This document shows, piece after piece, positions 1 through 11,675 of a stretch of 64,000 nt of DNA (position 1 is the first letter of the stretch; every line of letters starts with the position of its first letter). Below the pieces are notes generated by a model that was given only the letters and a program-made list of their open reading frames with translations, was not told the DNA's origin and made no database searches. This stretch comes from Octopus vulgaris (lineage: Eukaryota), in assembly GCA_951406725.2 (NCBI GenBank), contig OX597838.1, positions 30,628,001-30,692,000 on the forward strand, read 5' to 3'. The position numbers were made by a program, and so were the translations under genes.

Positions 1-246
1 TGAAAATTAAAAGACAGTTCAATATTTATTACGATCAATAATTACCAATAGAACAGGTCATTATAGTATTGACCCCTGAGGATACAGAATAGAAAGTGGA
101 CTGCAGCAAGATTCGAAATGCTAAGCTCTCCTTGTTAATGTAACCATTTTTGATACTCCACTGTGTTTTGAAAGCTAACTCTGCGTTAAAATCTGCACAA
201 AATACTTGTGTATGACAAAACAATATCTGATAGAAGGACAGCATCT

Positions 247-319
247 GGTTCCATGGTGTAGTGGTTATCACATCTGCTTAACACGCAGAAGGTCGTGAGT
301 TCGAAACTCGCTGGAACCT
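247..319 (+). tRNA. tRNA-Val(AAC)
   Basis: Cloverleaf: acceptor GGTTCCA/TGGAACC, anticodon arm TCTGC-TTAACAC-GCAGA, T arm GTGAG-TTCGAAA-CTCGC; A and B boxes; T-run downstream. Confidence 0.93.
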
Positions 320-399
320 AATTGTTTTATACATTATTTGCATTTAGTGCCACCACCCTCATTACTGTTGGTGAGGCAAGGGTTGCTTTTTCTCACCGA

Positions 400-692
400 C
401 TTGAACTTGGCATACCAATCACGAGCGGTTCTTTCAGCTATGGCATCCTCTCCATACACAGCACAAATGTCGCGAGCAGCTTTTGCAGCCTTAGAACCTT
501 GATTAAAGGTGTCGAAAATGCTCGTTTCTCTTAACTTGTCATTCCATTTTAATGATCTGGAAATAAACTAAAATTAACTAAAATTAACTAAAATTAACTA
601 GAAAAAAAAGATTCCAAAATGATTCAAAAATAGAATTCTTGAAAAAAATAAATTCCAAAATTTAATAAAACGGTGGGAAATTAGTTGCCAAC
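400..692 (-). mobile_element. Tc1/mariner transposon 5' fragment (degenerate)
   Basis: Homologous to the 7785-8091 fragment; partial TIR GTTGGCAACTAA and HTH-coding remnant. Confidence 0.7.
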
Positions 693-1083
693 TATTTTGA
701 CTCATTTGAAATATGGGGCGAAATATCAGAAACTTATTCGTGTATATCACTGGAACCTAACACTTTTAAAGTCATAAATTGCAATAGTAAAGCTGGACAT
801 ATGTCAAATAAGAAATTAGAGGGAAGTATTCAAATGGAGTGAGATAAATGATTTTCCCAAGATGACATTCAATGAAGTCGAAAATGGGATCTCATGATTG
901 CGAAGCCAACGATATAACTTATAGATTGGCTGAGCGTATAATAAGGGGTGTAAAGATCTAGACCCATCACAGCAATAACTGAGACAAAAGGTCGTGTACT
1001 ACAAGAACAACATCAACATTTCCAGTATCATGGGGTTGAATGCGGTAGAACCTTGTACAAGCAAAGAAAAAGAAAGTATAATT

Positions 1084-1156
1084 AGGTTCCAGTGAGTTTC
1101 GAACTCACGACCTTCTGCGTGTGAAGCAGATGTGATAACCACTACACCATGGAACC
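1084..1156 (-). tRNA. tRNA-Val(CAC)
   Basis: Reverse complement of the same body; loop TTCACAC. Confidence 0.92.
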
Positions 1157-1300
1157 AGTCGGTAACGAAACCCAAATGTTTCTTTAACAAATACAAATGG
1201 TAACTTATACACAGTTTACAGTTGATTTACTTATAAAAAGACAGTGGAATATAAGAAATGGTAATTTAAGAAGTATTTAGTTATATTTATTTATAGTGAG

Positions 1301-1312
1301 GGTTTCGAATCC
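1301..1312 (-). promoter_or_regulatory. Upstream B-box-like motif (GGATTCGAAACC) about 150 bp 5' of the minus-strand tRNA
   Basis: Motif recurs at a similar distance upstream of many tRNA copies on both strands; function inferred. Confidence 0.4.
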
Positions 1313-1567
1313 TGTTGGCGTTCACTGCACCTTCCATGTATTCAGATTATAAAATATTGGTCACTTCTTTTGGTGAAATGTACATAGAGTACATCCACTG
1401 GGCTCTCTTTAGAAATATCTGTCTGTGTGTCAATGCTAGAGAGAAGATATTGAGAGAAGATCAATATTCATTTTATCAATATTTATTGCAAAGATCAATA
1501 ATTATCAATAGATCAGGTCATTATTGTATAAACCCTCAATGCATAAAATGGAAAGTGAACACAACTA

Positions 1568-1579
1568 GGATTCGAAACC
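1568..1579 (+). promoter_or_regulatory. Upstream B-box-like motif (GGATTCGAAACC) 147 bp 5' of the tRNA at 1715
   Basis: Mirror of the 1301-1312 motif in the divergent spacer; function inferred. Confidence 0.4.
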
Positions 1580-1714
1580 CTATACAATTTTTGTTAATTC
1601 ACCGTTCCTGATACACCACTGTGCATTGAAAGCTGTGTACAAGATACAACTTAAATTGTGTGCAAGATACAACTTGTGTATGATAAAACAATATTTGAGA
1701 ACGGTGATGCATCC

Positions 1715-1787
1715 GGTTCCATGGTGTAGTGGTTATCACATCTGCTTAACACGCAGAAGGTCGTGAGTTCGAAACTCGCTGGAACCT
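1715..1787 (+). tRNA. tRNA-Val(AAC)
   Basis: Consensus body, loop TTAACAC. Confidence 0.93.
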
Positions 1788-2478
1788 GACTTTGGTCTAT
1801 ATATTTTGCTCGTACATTAACTCACCGATAGAATTACTGCTGGTACTGCAAGGTGTTCTGTTCCAGTGTTTGTGGCGCTCCACCACCCGGCCGCCACCAA
1901 TGAATATAATTAAACGCAGCCATGAATTAGAGTTTTCCACTTTGAAATTTCTCGTTCGAGACACTCAACATCGATTTCAGATTTTTGCACGAGTTCAGCA
2001 ATTTCGGGAAGGCGATAAATCGATGACATCGATCCCAGTGATTAGCAAGTGAGTATTTTATCGACCCCTAAAGGATAAACGGTAAAGCTGAACCTGGTGG
2101 CATTCGAACTCAGAACGTAAAGACAGACAAAATGCCGACAAGGATCTTGGTCCGGCGCAGGAACCATTGTGCGTCGGGTTATCACAGCCGCTTTGCTCAT
2201 AGAGAGTCACATGTTCGATACTCGCTTGAACATTTTTACATTATGATTTTGGTTTGGCTCCGTTAGGAATTATGTGGACAGCAGGTTACTACCTGTCAGG
2301 TATCCGTAAGTCTTCGGCAATCTTTCAAGTGCTTAAAACCCACCTGATAATCCTTGCTGTCTCTAAGAGACAAAGTTTCTTTAAGAACTCCGCAGCGCAT
2401 TCTATTCCAGTCTCCTTCATCCATTTGTCTACATTTTTGCTTACTGTTCTCAACGCACCATTATTATTATTATTATTA

Positions 2479-2540
2479 TTCCATGGTGTAGTGGTTATCA
2501 CATCTTCTTCACAAGCAGAGTTCGAAACTCGCTGGAATCT
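2479..2540 (+). pseudogene. tRNA-Val(CAC)-derived pseudogene
   Basis: 5' GG replaced by an (ATT)n run; variable-loop/T-stem deletion; disrupted anticodon stem. Confidence 0.8.
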
Positions 2541-2654
2541 CAAGATGTTTTTTATTAACATTGGGGGCTTCTAATTTCAGAAGAGTGGAGAAGCACTTTA
2601 TAAGACACAACTTATAATATAAATATAGTGATAATGGGTGACAGTACGGTATGT

Positions 2655-2693
2655 GATTCCATGGTGTAGTGGTTATCACATCTGCTTTACACG
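2655..2693 (+). pseudogene. tRNA-Val(TAC) 5' half fragment
   Basis: Matches the body only up to the anticodon loop. Confidence 0.75.
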
Positions 2694-3382
2694 AGAGTAG
2701 GGATTGATATATTTTGTTTGTTGTATTTTCTACAGTTGTTAGTGGCAATACTCGTGCAGTACTTGTCTTCATCGTCGGCTCTGAAGCTGGTGTTGTAACT
2801 GTTACAACTTCTGTGATCTCTTCTGTTGTATGGTGGTAGAGAAGACGGATCTTTTCTGTTGGGATGACATTTCTTTTTAATGTAAAATTGAGAGAAAATT
2901 TCCAGATTTGGTCCATTGATGTAATTTTTCACATTGAACCTGATGTTGTTATTCACTTATTCCAGAAAAATTTTAGAAAAATATTACATTTATAGGATGT
3001 TGCCAATTTTTTGTTGTCGACGAAATTTTGCAATGTCTCACTGAATGGATAAAAGGTGTTTAGTTATGTCCCTTTGTGTCATCCGTTGTTGATTTTGGCG
3101 GTGGTAGTGCTGGTGGTGGGGCGGCAGATCAATTACATCAACACTCGGCTTCCACCCACAGTACATATTTCATCGACCCCGAAGGGATGCATGGCAAAAT
3201 TCACGTCTTTGAAATTTGATCTGAGAACGCAAAGCGCCAAAATTAACGCCACTTTGCAGTTTCTTCGACACAGTAACAATTCGCTTTACAGTCCTATGTA
3301 ATAAAACTAACTACAACAAGAAGAAGAAGATAGAGAGGATGGTTGCGTCCAAAACAAGTAAACAAAGCCAAAAAGAAAACTT

Positions 3383-3455
3383 AGGTTCCAGTGAGTTTCG
3401 AACTCACGACCTTCTGCGTGTTAAGCAGATGTGATAACCACTACACCATGGAACC
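3383..3455 (-). tRNA. tRNA-Val(AAC)
   Basis: Consensus body, reverse strand. Confidence 0.92.
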
Positions 3456-3987
3456 AGTCGATAACCAAATATTGCTTTATATAAAGAAGTCGTGGGTTGT
3501 ACAGAGTTTAATGATGATTTACTTTAAGAAAAGACAATGGAATCTCAGAAATGGTAAATTAACAACAAAAAATTATTTATATTTATTTTCAATTCAGGTT
3601 TCGAATCCTTCTGGAGTTGACTTTAACCTCCACGTACTTAGGGTATCATGAAATATTGGTCGGTTGTTTTGGTCAAATGTACATCGAGTTTATCACCTGG
3701 GCTCTTTTTAGAAATATCTGTCTGTGTGTCAATGTGAGAGATTAAAATTAAAAGACAGTTCAATATTTATTAAGATCAATAATTACCAATAGAACAGGTC
3801 ATTATTGTATTGACCCCAGAGGATATAGAATGGAAAGTGAACTGCAGCAGGATTCGAGATGCTAAGCTCTCCTTGTTAACGTAACCATTTTTGATACTCC
3901 ACTGTGTTTTGAAAGCTAACTCTACATTAAACTCTGCACAAAATACTTGTGCATGACAAAACAATATCTGATTGAACAAAAGCATCT

Positions 3988-4060
3988 GGTTCCATGGTGT
4001 AGTGGTTATCACATCTGCTTAACACGCAGAAAGTCGTGAGTTCGAAACTCGCTGGAATCT
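3988..4060 (+). tRNA. tRNA-Val(AAC), variant
   Basis: Full length; substitutions in variable loop and 3' acceptor strand (TGGAATC). Confidence 0.8.
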
Positions 4061-4338
4061 AGCTGTTTTATATTTTAGTTTTATTTAGTGCCACCATCCT
4101 CATTACTGTTGGTGAGGCAAGGGTTGCTTTTTCTCTTGAACTTGGCATACCAATCACGAGCGGTTCTTTCGGCTATGGCACCCTCTCCATACACAGCACA
4201 AATGTCGCGAGCAGCTTTTGCGGCCTTAGAACCTTGACTAGAACCTGTTCTGTATAAATACTATAAATACCAGAAACTAATGACATCAATGCCTAACCCA
4301 ATAAAATCATTAACCTCAGGAGATGGAAAAAAAAAGCC

Positions 4339-4411
4339 AGGTTCCAGCGAGCTTCGAACTCACGACCTTCTGCGTGTAAAGCAGATTTGATAACCACTAC
4401 ACCATGGAACC
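4339..4411 (-). tRNA. tRNA-Val(TAC), variant
   Basis: Loop TTTACAC; substitutions in D stem and T loop. Confidence 0.78.
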
Positions 4412-4928
4412 ACCTGCTGCTCATGCCGCAAAAATTTTTCTTATCATATATAAGTGTTATCGATCTGGAGAACTAGCGATACAACAATGGACTCTTCTAT
4501 TATAGAATGAGGGGAGGAAAGCCCACGGAACGAAACCGCCGTTAGCCACAACATCATGAGCAACTATAAACCTTGTTTTCTTGCTTCCAGTGACGTTAAC
4601 ATATATACCAGTAATTATCTGTGACTAGAGTTTATCCACTGAACGCTCTTTAAAAATATCTGTCTGTGAGTCAAAGTTAGAGATAAAGAGTGAGAGAAGA
4701 CCAAATATCTATTGCAAAGACCAAAAAGTGCGAATGGAACTGGTCGTTATAAACTGGTCGTACATAAAATGGAAAGTGAACTTGAGCAGGATTCGAAAAC
4801 CTAAATACTTTTTGTTAATTCACCGTTCCTGATTCCCCGCAGTGTTTTGAAAGCTACCTCAACAGTAAACTCTGCGCAAGATACAACTAATCTACGATAA
4901 AACAATATTAGAGAATATTGAAGCATCT

Positions 4929-5001
4929 GGTTCCATGGTGTAGTGGTTATCACATCTGCTTAACACGCAGAAGGTCGTGAGTTCGAAACTCGCTGGAACC
5001 T
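4929..5001 (+). tRNA. tRNA-Val(AAC)
   Basis: Consensus body. Confidence 0.93.
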
Positions 5002-5030
5002 AATTGTTTTACATTTTGCTAGTATATAAT

Positions 5031-5652
5031 CATTTCTATTCTAGGCACAAGGCCCGAAATTTTGGTGGACGGGGGAAGTCAATTAGATCGACACCATTAT
5101 GCAACTGGTACTTAATTTATTGACCCCGAAAGGATGAAAGGCAAAGTCGACCTCGGCAAAATTTGAACTCAGAACGTAAAGACAGACAAAATATCTATTT
5201 CTTTACTACCCACAAGGGGCTAAACATAGAGAGGACAAACAAGGAGAGAAAAACGGATTAACCCTTCAGTGTTCACATTATTCTGCCAAAATTAATGTTT
5301 TTTTATCCACATTGCCTTGAACTAATCATGCATTATCTTGTAGCTATGAGATTTTGATGAGGTAGCTGTTAATTTTTAAAATGATATTGTAGGGTTGGTG
5401 TGAGAGACCAGATCTGGCCAGTTTGAACATAAAACAAGTTGAATACTTTTGGCCGGATATGGCCGGTTTAAATGCTAAAGGGTTAAGTCGATTATATTGA
5501 CCCAAGTGCGTAACTGGTACTTATTTAATCGACCCCGAAAGGATGAAAGGCAAAGTCGACCTCGGCAGAACTTGAACTCAGACCGTAGCGGCAGACGAAA
5601 TACCGCAAAACATTTCGCTCGGCATGCTAACGATTCCGCCAGCTCGCCGCCA
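5031..5652 (-). mobile_element. Tandem tRNA-derived SINE units (Nin/Deu-like core), interrupted by a MITE
   Basis: Repeated core GACCCCGAAAGGATGAAAGGCAAAGTCGACCTCGGC and B-box GAGTTCAAAT on the minus strand; boundaries approximate. Confidence 0.75.
5262..5482. mobile_element. piggyBac-like MITE
   Basis: TTAA on both sides (5258-5261, 5483-5486); imperfect TIRs CCCTTCAGTGTT / rc CCCTTTAGCATT; absent from paralogous SINEs near 19868 and 27009. Confidence 0.8.
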
Positions 5653-6090
5653 TATTTTGTTAGTACATAATACCACCACCCACATTACAGTTGGTATTGC
5701 AAATGTTGTTGTTGTTGGCAACGTTTGGTTCCAGTCGTTGTTGTTGTTACTGTTGTGTTGTAGAGTGGGCCCTCTCTGCCGTCACCACCGATGAGGACGG
5801 ACAGACTCAGCGATATATTAAAGCTCGACATTGGAAGATCTGCCAGTAGAGACAATTGGTTTCAAATTTGTGTACAAGGCCAGCAATTTCAGTGGGAGGA
5901 GATAAGTCGCTTACATCAAACCCAAAGCTCAACTGTTATGTATTTTATCGACCCCGGCGGAATTTGAACTCAGAACGTAAAGACTGACGAAATGCCGTGA
6001 AGCTTTTTACCCAGGGTGCTAACGAATCTGCGAAACTATCGCCTTACATCTTCTATATAATAAAACAATAATTAAGTACCGGTCGTGTCT

Positions 6091-6163
6091 GGTTCCATGG
6101 TGTAGTGGTTATCACATCTGCTTTACACGCAGAAGGTCGTGAGTTCGAAACTCGCTGGAACCT
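6091..6163 (+). tRNA. tRNA-Val(TAC)
   Basis: Consensus body, loop TTTACAC. Confidence 0.93.
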
Positions 6164-7014
6164 ACCATTTGTTTTCTGTTTTGTTTTGACCCTGGGGTTT
6201 CTAATACAATGGGAATGGAGGCTGATATATTTAGTTTCTTGTATTTGCTATAGTTATTGGTGCTAATACCCCACCTGCATTTCTCTTAATCGTCAACGCT
6301 TTTCTCTTAAGACGTAAATAGTAATATCAACCTCGGCCAGATTTTTAAAATAAGAAAGATCTTACTCAAAACAACACTCATTGAGGGCGACAGAGGACTT
6401 CATGATTGTGGAGCTAATTACGTAACTATGAACAGCTCTAATACATAATGAGTGGTTTAAAGATCCAGACCGCTGTATAACGGTTTCAATACTCTATTGA
6501 ATATTCTTTTCCCTTCATTGTGATATGAATATTCTCGAGAGATTGAAAAACTTAACAATCTCTGGTTTCTATTTCTGTCTCTTTTAAACCTCAGAGAGAA
6601 ACCTTTCTATGAAATGACGACGAAACCAATAGAAGTGAAGAGAGAGGGAAACTGTAGTGTTTCGGATTAAAGGTTTTCTAGTATTTACAATCCGTTAGAT
6701 TCTGCGTTGTTGTTTCTGATCAAACAGACATATAATTAAAGTATGTCAGCCATGACTCTCTCATCTTATTATCAAACAATCCATCCAAGACTTCAGTATC
6801 CAGTGGCCACCACTCTTATTTCTCTTCCAATTCATATTTAGTGAGTCTTAAAGTGTTTGATCCTAGATTTACGAACTGGTCACTGATATGTGACAACACG
6901 TGATAAGGCGGCATCTTCGATCAAAAATGTAGGGCGAGCTGCCGTTGTTTTTGAAGTTGATGCAAATATATCAACGTCTATTCCTATAAAAGTATAAGTC
7001 AAAAAGTAAACCTT

Positions 7015-7087
7015 AGGTTCCAGCGAGTTTCGAACTCACGACCTTCTGCGTGTTAAGCAGATGTGATAACCACTACACCATGGAACC
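7015..7087 (-). tRNA. tRNA-Val(AAC)
   Basis: Consensus body. Confidence 0.93.
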
Positions 7088-7631
7088 AGTTGATAGTCTG
7101 TTTTCAAATATTGCTTTATATAAAGAAGTTGTGGGTTATACAGTTTAATGATGATTTACTTTAAGAAAAGACATTGGAATCTCAGAAATGGTAAATTAAC
7201 AACAAAAAATTAGTTATATTTATTTTCAATTCAGGTTTCGAATCCTGCTGGAGTTGACTTTAACCTCCACGTACTCAGGGTATCATAAAATATTGGTAAA
7301 CTATTGGTTCTTTTGCTCAAATTTACATCGTGTTTAACACTTGGGCTCTTTTTAGAAATATCTGTCTGTGTGTTAATGTGAGAGATGAAAATTAAAAGAC
7401 AGTTCAATATTTATTAAGATCAATAATTACCAATAGAACAGGTCATTATTGTATTGACCCCTGAGGATACAGAATGGAAAGTGAACTGCAGCAGGATTCG
7501 AAATGCTAAGCTCTCCTTGTTAATGTAACCATTTTCGATACTCCACTGTGTTTTGAAAGCTAACTCTACATTAAACTCTGCACAAAATACTTGTGTATGA
7601 CAAAACAATATCTGATAGAGCGACAGCATCT

Positions 7632-7704
7632 GGTTCCATGGTGTAGTGGTTATCACATCTGCTTAACACGCAGAAGGTCGTGAGTTCGAAACTCGCTGGA
7701 ACCT
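7632..7704 (+). tRNA. tRNA-Val(AAC)
   Basis: Consensus body. Confidence 0.93.
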
Positions 7705-7784
7705 AAATGTTTTCTATTTTATTTGTATTTAGTACCACCACTCTCATTACTGTTGGTGAGGCAAGGGTTGCCTTTTCTCACCGA

Positions 7785-8091
7785 CTTGTACTTGGCATAC
7801 CAATCACGAGCGGTTCTTTCAGCCATGAAACCCTCTCCATACACAGCACAAATGTCGCTAGCAGCTTCTGCGGCCTTAGAACCTTGATTAATAGCAAAAA
7901 CAAGGAGGTGTTGAAAATGCTCGCTTTTCTTAACTTGACATTCCATTTTAATGATCTGGAAATAAACCAAAATTAACTAAAATTAACTAGAAAAATAAAA
8001 CAAGATTCCAAAATGATTCAAAAATAGAATTCTTGAAAAAAAAATTCTAAAATTTAAGAAAAACGGTGGGAAATTAGTTGCCAACCCAATA
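7785..8091 (-). mobile_element. Tc1/mariner transposon 5' fragment (left TIR plus N-terminal HTH)
   Basis: TA+TTGGGTTGGCAACTAA terminus; MECQVKK.EHF.HLL.FA...SKAAEAA.DIC.VYGE...AERTARDWYAK resembles the Mos1/SETMAR-type transposase HTH; no DDD domain. Confidence 0.82.
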
Positions 8092-8465
8092 TATGACTTA
8101 TTTGATATAAGGGGCGAAATATCAGTAACTTATTCACGTATATCACTGCAACCTAGCACTTTTAAAGTAAAAAATTGCAATATGTCAAATAAGAAATTAG
8201 AGAGAAGTATTCAAATGGCGTGAGGTAAATGATTTTCCCAAGGTGACATTCAGTGAAGACGAAAATGGGATCTCATGATTGCGAAGCCAACGATGTAACT
8301 TATAGACTGGCTGAGCGTACAACAAGGGGTGTAAAGATCTAGACCCATCACAGCAATAACTGAGACAAAAGGTCGTGTATTACAAGAACAACATCAGAAT
8401 TTCCAGTATCATGGGGTTGAATGCGGTAGAACCTTGTACAAGCAAAGGAAAAAAAAAGTATAATT

Positions 8466-8538
8466 AGGTTTCAGTGAGTTTCGAACTCACGACCTTCTGC
8501 GTGTGAAGCAGATATGATAACCACTACACCATAGAACC
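8466..8538 (-). tRNA. tRNA-Val(CAC), acceptor-stem variant
   Basis: GGTTCTA/TGAAACC acceptor with a mismatch; possibly non-functional. Confidence 0.7.
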
Positions 8539-9092
8539 AGGTGCTAACGAGACACAAATGTTTCTTTAACAAATACAAATGGTAACTTATACACAGTTTA
8601 CAGTTGATTTACCTATAAAAAGATAGTGGAATATAAGAAATGGTAATTTAAGAAGTATTTAGTTATATTTATTTATAGTGAGGGTTTCGAATCCTGTTGG
8701 AGTTCACTGCACCTTCCATGTATTCAGGAGATTATAAAATATTGGTCACTTCTTTTGGTCAAGTGTACATAGAGTACATCCACTGGGCTCTCTTTAGAAA
8801 TATCTGTCTGTGTGTCAATGCTAGAGAGAAGATATTGAGAGAAGATCAATATTTATTTTATCAATATTTATTGCAAAGATCAATAATTATCAATAGATCA
8901 GGTCATTATTGTATAAACCCTCAATGCATAAAATGGAAAGTGAACACAACTAGGATTCGAAACTGTATACAATTGTTGTTGATTCACCCTTTCTGATACA
9001 CCACTGAGCATTGAAAGCTGCTCCAACAGTAAATTGTGTATAAGATACAACTTGTGTATGATAAAGCAATATTTGAGAATTTTCAAGCATCC

Positions 9093-9165
9093 GGTTCCAT
9101 GGTGTAGTGGTTATCACATCTGCTTAACACGCAGAAGGTCGTGAGTTCGAAACTCGCTGGAACCT
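9093..9165 (+). tRNA. tRNA-Val(AAC)
   Basis: Consensus body. Confidence 0.93.
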
Positions 9166-9714
9166 GACTTTGCTTTATATATTTTGCTCGTACATTAACT
9201 CACCGCTCGCATTACTGTTGGTACTGCAAGGTGCAGCTGTTTTGTTCCAGTTGTTGTGGCGCTCCACCACCCGGCAACCACCAATGAATATAATTAAACG
9301 CAACCATGAATTAAAGGTTTCCATTATAAAATTTCTCGTTCGAGACACACAACGTTGTTTTCAGATTTTTGCACAAATTCAGTAATTTCGACGATCCCAG
9401 TGACTTGCAGGTGATTATTTTATCGACTCCGAAAGGATAAACGGTAAAGATGCACTTACAGATCAATTACATCAACACCCGGCTTCCACCCACAGTATAA
9501 ATTTCATCAACCCCCAAGGGATGCATGGCGAAATTGACGTCATTGAAATTTGACCTCAGAACACAAAGCGCCAAGAGTAACGCCACTTTGCAGTTTCTTC
9601 GACACAGTAACAATTCGCTTTACAGTCCTATGTAATAAAACTATACAACAGGAAGAAGAAGAAAGAGAGGATGGTTGAGTCCAAAACAAGTAAACAAAGC
9701 CAAAAACAAATCAT

Positions 9715-9787
9715 AGGTTCCAGCGAGTTTCGAACTCACGACCTTCTGCGTGTTAAGCAGATGTGATAACCACTACACCATGGAACC
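9715..9787 (-). tRNA. tRNA-Val(AAC)
   Basis: Consensus body. Confidence 0.93.
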
Positions 9788-10201
9788 AGACAAAAAAAAT
9801 TGGTCAAAAATATTGCTTATCATACAAAAGTTGTTTCTAATACCGTGAGTTTAATGTCGTGTTACTGCCAAACTACAAAGGTGTATCAGAATCGATACGT
9901 TAACAAGAAGTGTTTCTTTCTCGCCAGGGTTTCGAATCCTACTAGATTCCCTCAAACATCTATTGTTTCAGAGGTTCATAAAATAATGACTAGTTCTATT
10001 GGTAATTATTGGTCTTCTCAATAGATATTGATCTCATCGCAGTATCTATCTCTAACCTTGACACAGACACTAATGTTCAATGGAGAAACTCAAGCCACCG
10101 TATATTACTGGTATATATTTTAACGTCACTTTATTATGAAAACTCCAGACCGATTTCACTTACGTATGACCAGAGAAATATTGAGCAGTATAGCAGCGGA
10201 T

Positions 10202-10274
10202 GGTTCCATGGTGTAGTGGCTATCACGTCTGCTTCACACGCAGAAGGTCGCGAGTTCGAAACTCGCTGGAACCT
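10202..10274 (+). tRNA. tRNA-Val(CAC)
   Basis: G26/C50 subtype with a fully paired T stem GCGAG/CTCGC. Confidence 0.92.
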
Positions 10275-10455
10275 GCACATGTGCTGATTTTTAAAAATTT
10301 CTTTTTCCCCGCCAACGATATCATTTATTTTCGAATCTTGCAGGAGTTCACTTCACCGTTCATGCGTTCAGGAATATAAAAATAACGCCAAGTTCTATTC
10401 ATAATTATTGACCATCTCATTAAATTTTGATCTTTTCTCAGTATCTATCTTTACC

Positions 10456-10496
10456 GTTGTTGCTGTTGTTGCTGCTGCTTCTGCTGTTGTTGTTGT

Positions 10497-10531
<35 letters not shown>

Positions 10532-10551
10532 TTTTTGTTGTTGCTGCTGCT
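10456..10551. repeat. (GTT/GCT)n compound microsatellite
   Basis: Direct reading. Confidence 0.9.
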
Positions 10552-11062
10552 AATCCTTTCGTTAAAAAATATTTACTTGTAGATATTACCACCACCATCA
10601 TAATTGATTCTATTGCTATTGTTGTTGTTTTCAGAACGTTTTATTGTCGTTGATTTTACTGAGGTAGGGCGTGTCTGGATTGGCAGCAATCTCAGCCAAA
10701 GGACATAATTAAACACAGGCAGGTATTTTATCTGTCACATTAAAATTTCTTGGCAGAGAAAGGCCATGAATTTCAGAGAGGACGGCCAGTCGATAACACC
10801 GACCCCACTGCTCAAAGGGTACTTATTTTATCGACCCCGAAAAGATGAAAGGCAAATCCATCCTCGGTGGGATTTGAACTCTGAACGGACAAAATTCCGC
10901 AAAGCATTTTGCCTGGCGCGCTTTTCAGTTTAATCTGTTGCTTGTGTCGATTCTGCTGTTTCTGTTGTTTTGTGTAAATACAATAAATACAATAAACTAA
11001 TTACATCAATGCCTAACCCAATAAAATCATTAACCTCAGGAGATGAAAAAAAAAAAAAAGCT

Positions 11063-11135
11063 AGGTTCCAGCGAGTTTCGAACTCACGACCTTCTGCGTG
11101 TAAAGCAGATGTGATAACCACTACACCATGGAACC
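11063..11135 (-). tRNA. tRNA-Val(TAC)
   Basis: Consensus body. Confidence 0.93.
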
Positions 11136-11602
11136 AACTGCTGCTCGTAGCGCAAAAAGTTTTCTTATCATATATAAGTGAAATCGATCCGGAGAACTAG
11201 CTATAAAACAATGGACTGTTTTATTATAGAATGAACAAAACCGGTTGGTGAGAAAGCTTTCAGTGATGTTAAAATATATACCAGTAATTATCTGTGACTA
11301 GAGCTTATCCACTAACGCTCTTTAGAAATATCTGTCTGTGAGTCAAAGTTAGAGATAAAGAGTGGGAGAAGACGAAATATCTATTGCAAAGACCAAAAAG
11401 CGCGAATGGAACTGGTCCTTATAAACCCCTAAATACATAAAATGGAAAGTGAACTCGAGGAGGATTCGAAAACCTAAGTATTTTTTTGTTAATTCACCGT
11501 TCCTGATTCCCCGTAGTGTTTTGAAAGCTACCTCAACAGTAAACTCTGCGCAAGTTACATCTAATCTATGATAAAACAATATTTGAGAATACACAAGCAT
11601 CT

Positions 11603-11675
11603 GGTTCCATGGTGTAGTGGTTATCACATCTGCTTCACACGCAGAAGGTCATGAGTTCGAAACTCACTGGAACCT
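11603..11675 (+). tRNA. tRNA-Val(CAC)
   Basis: Full length; one T-stem substitution. Confidence 0.85.
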
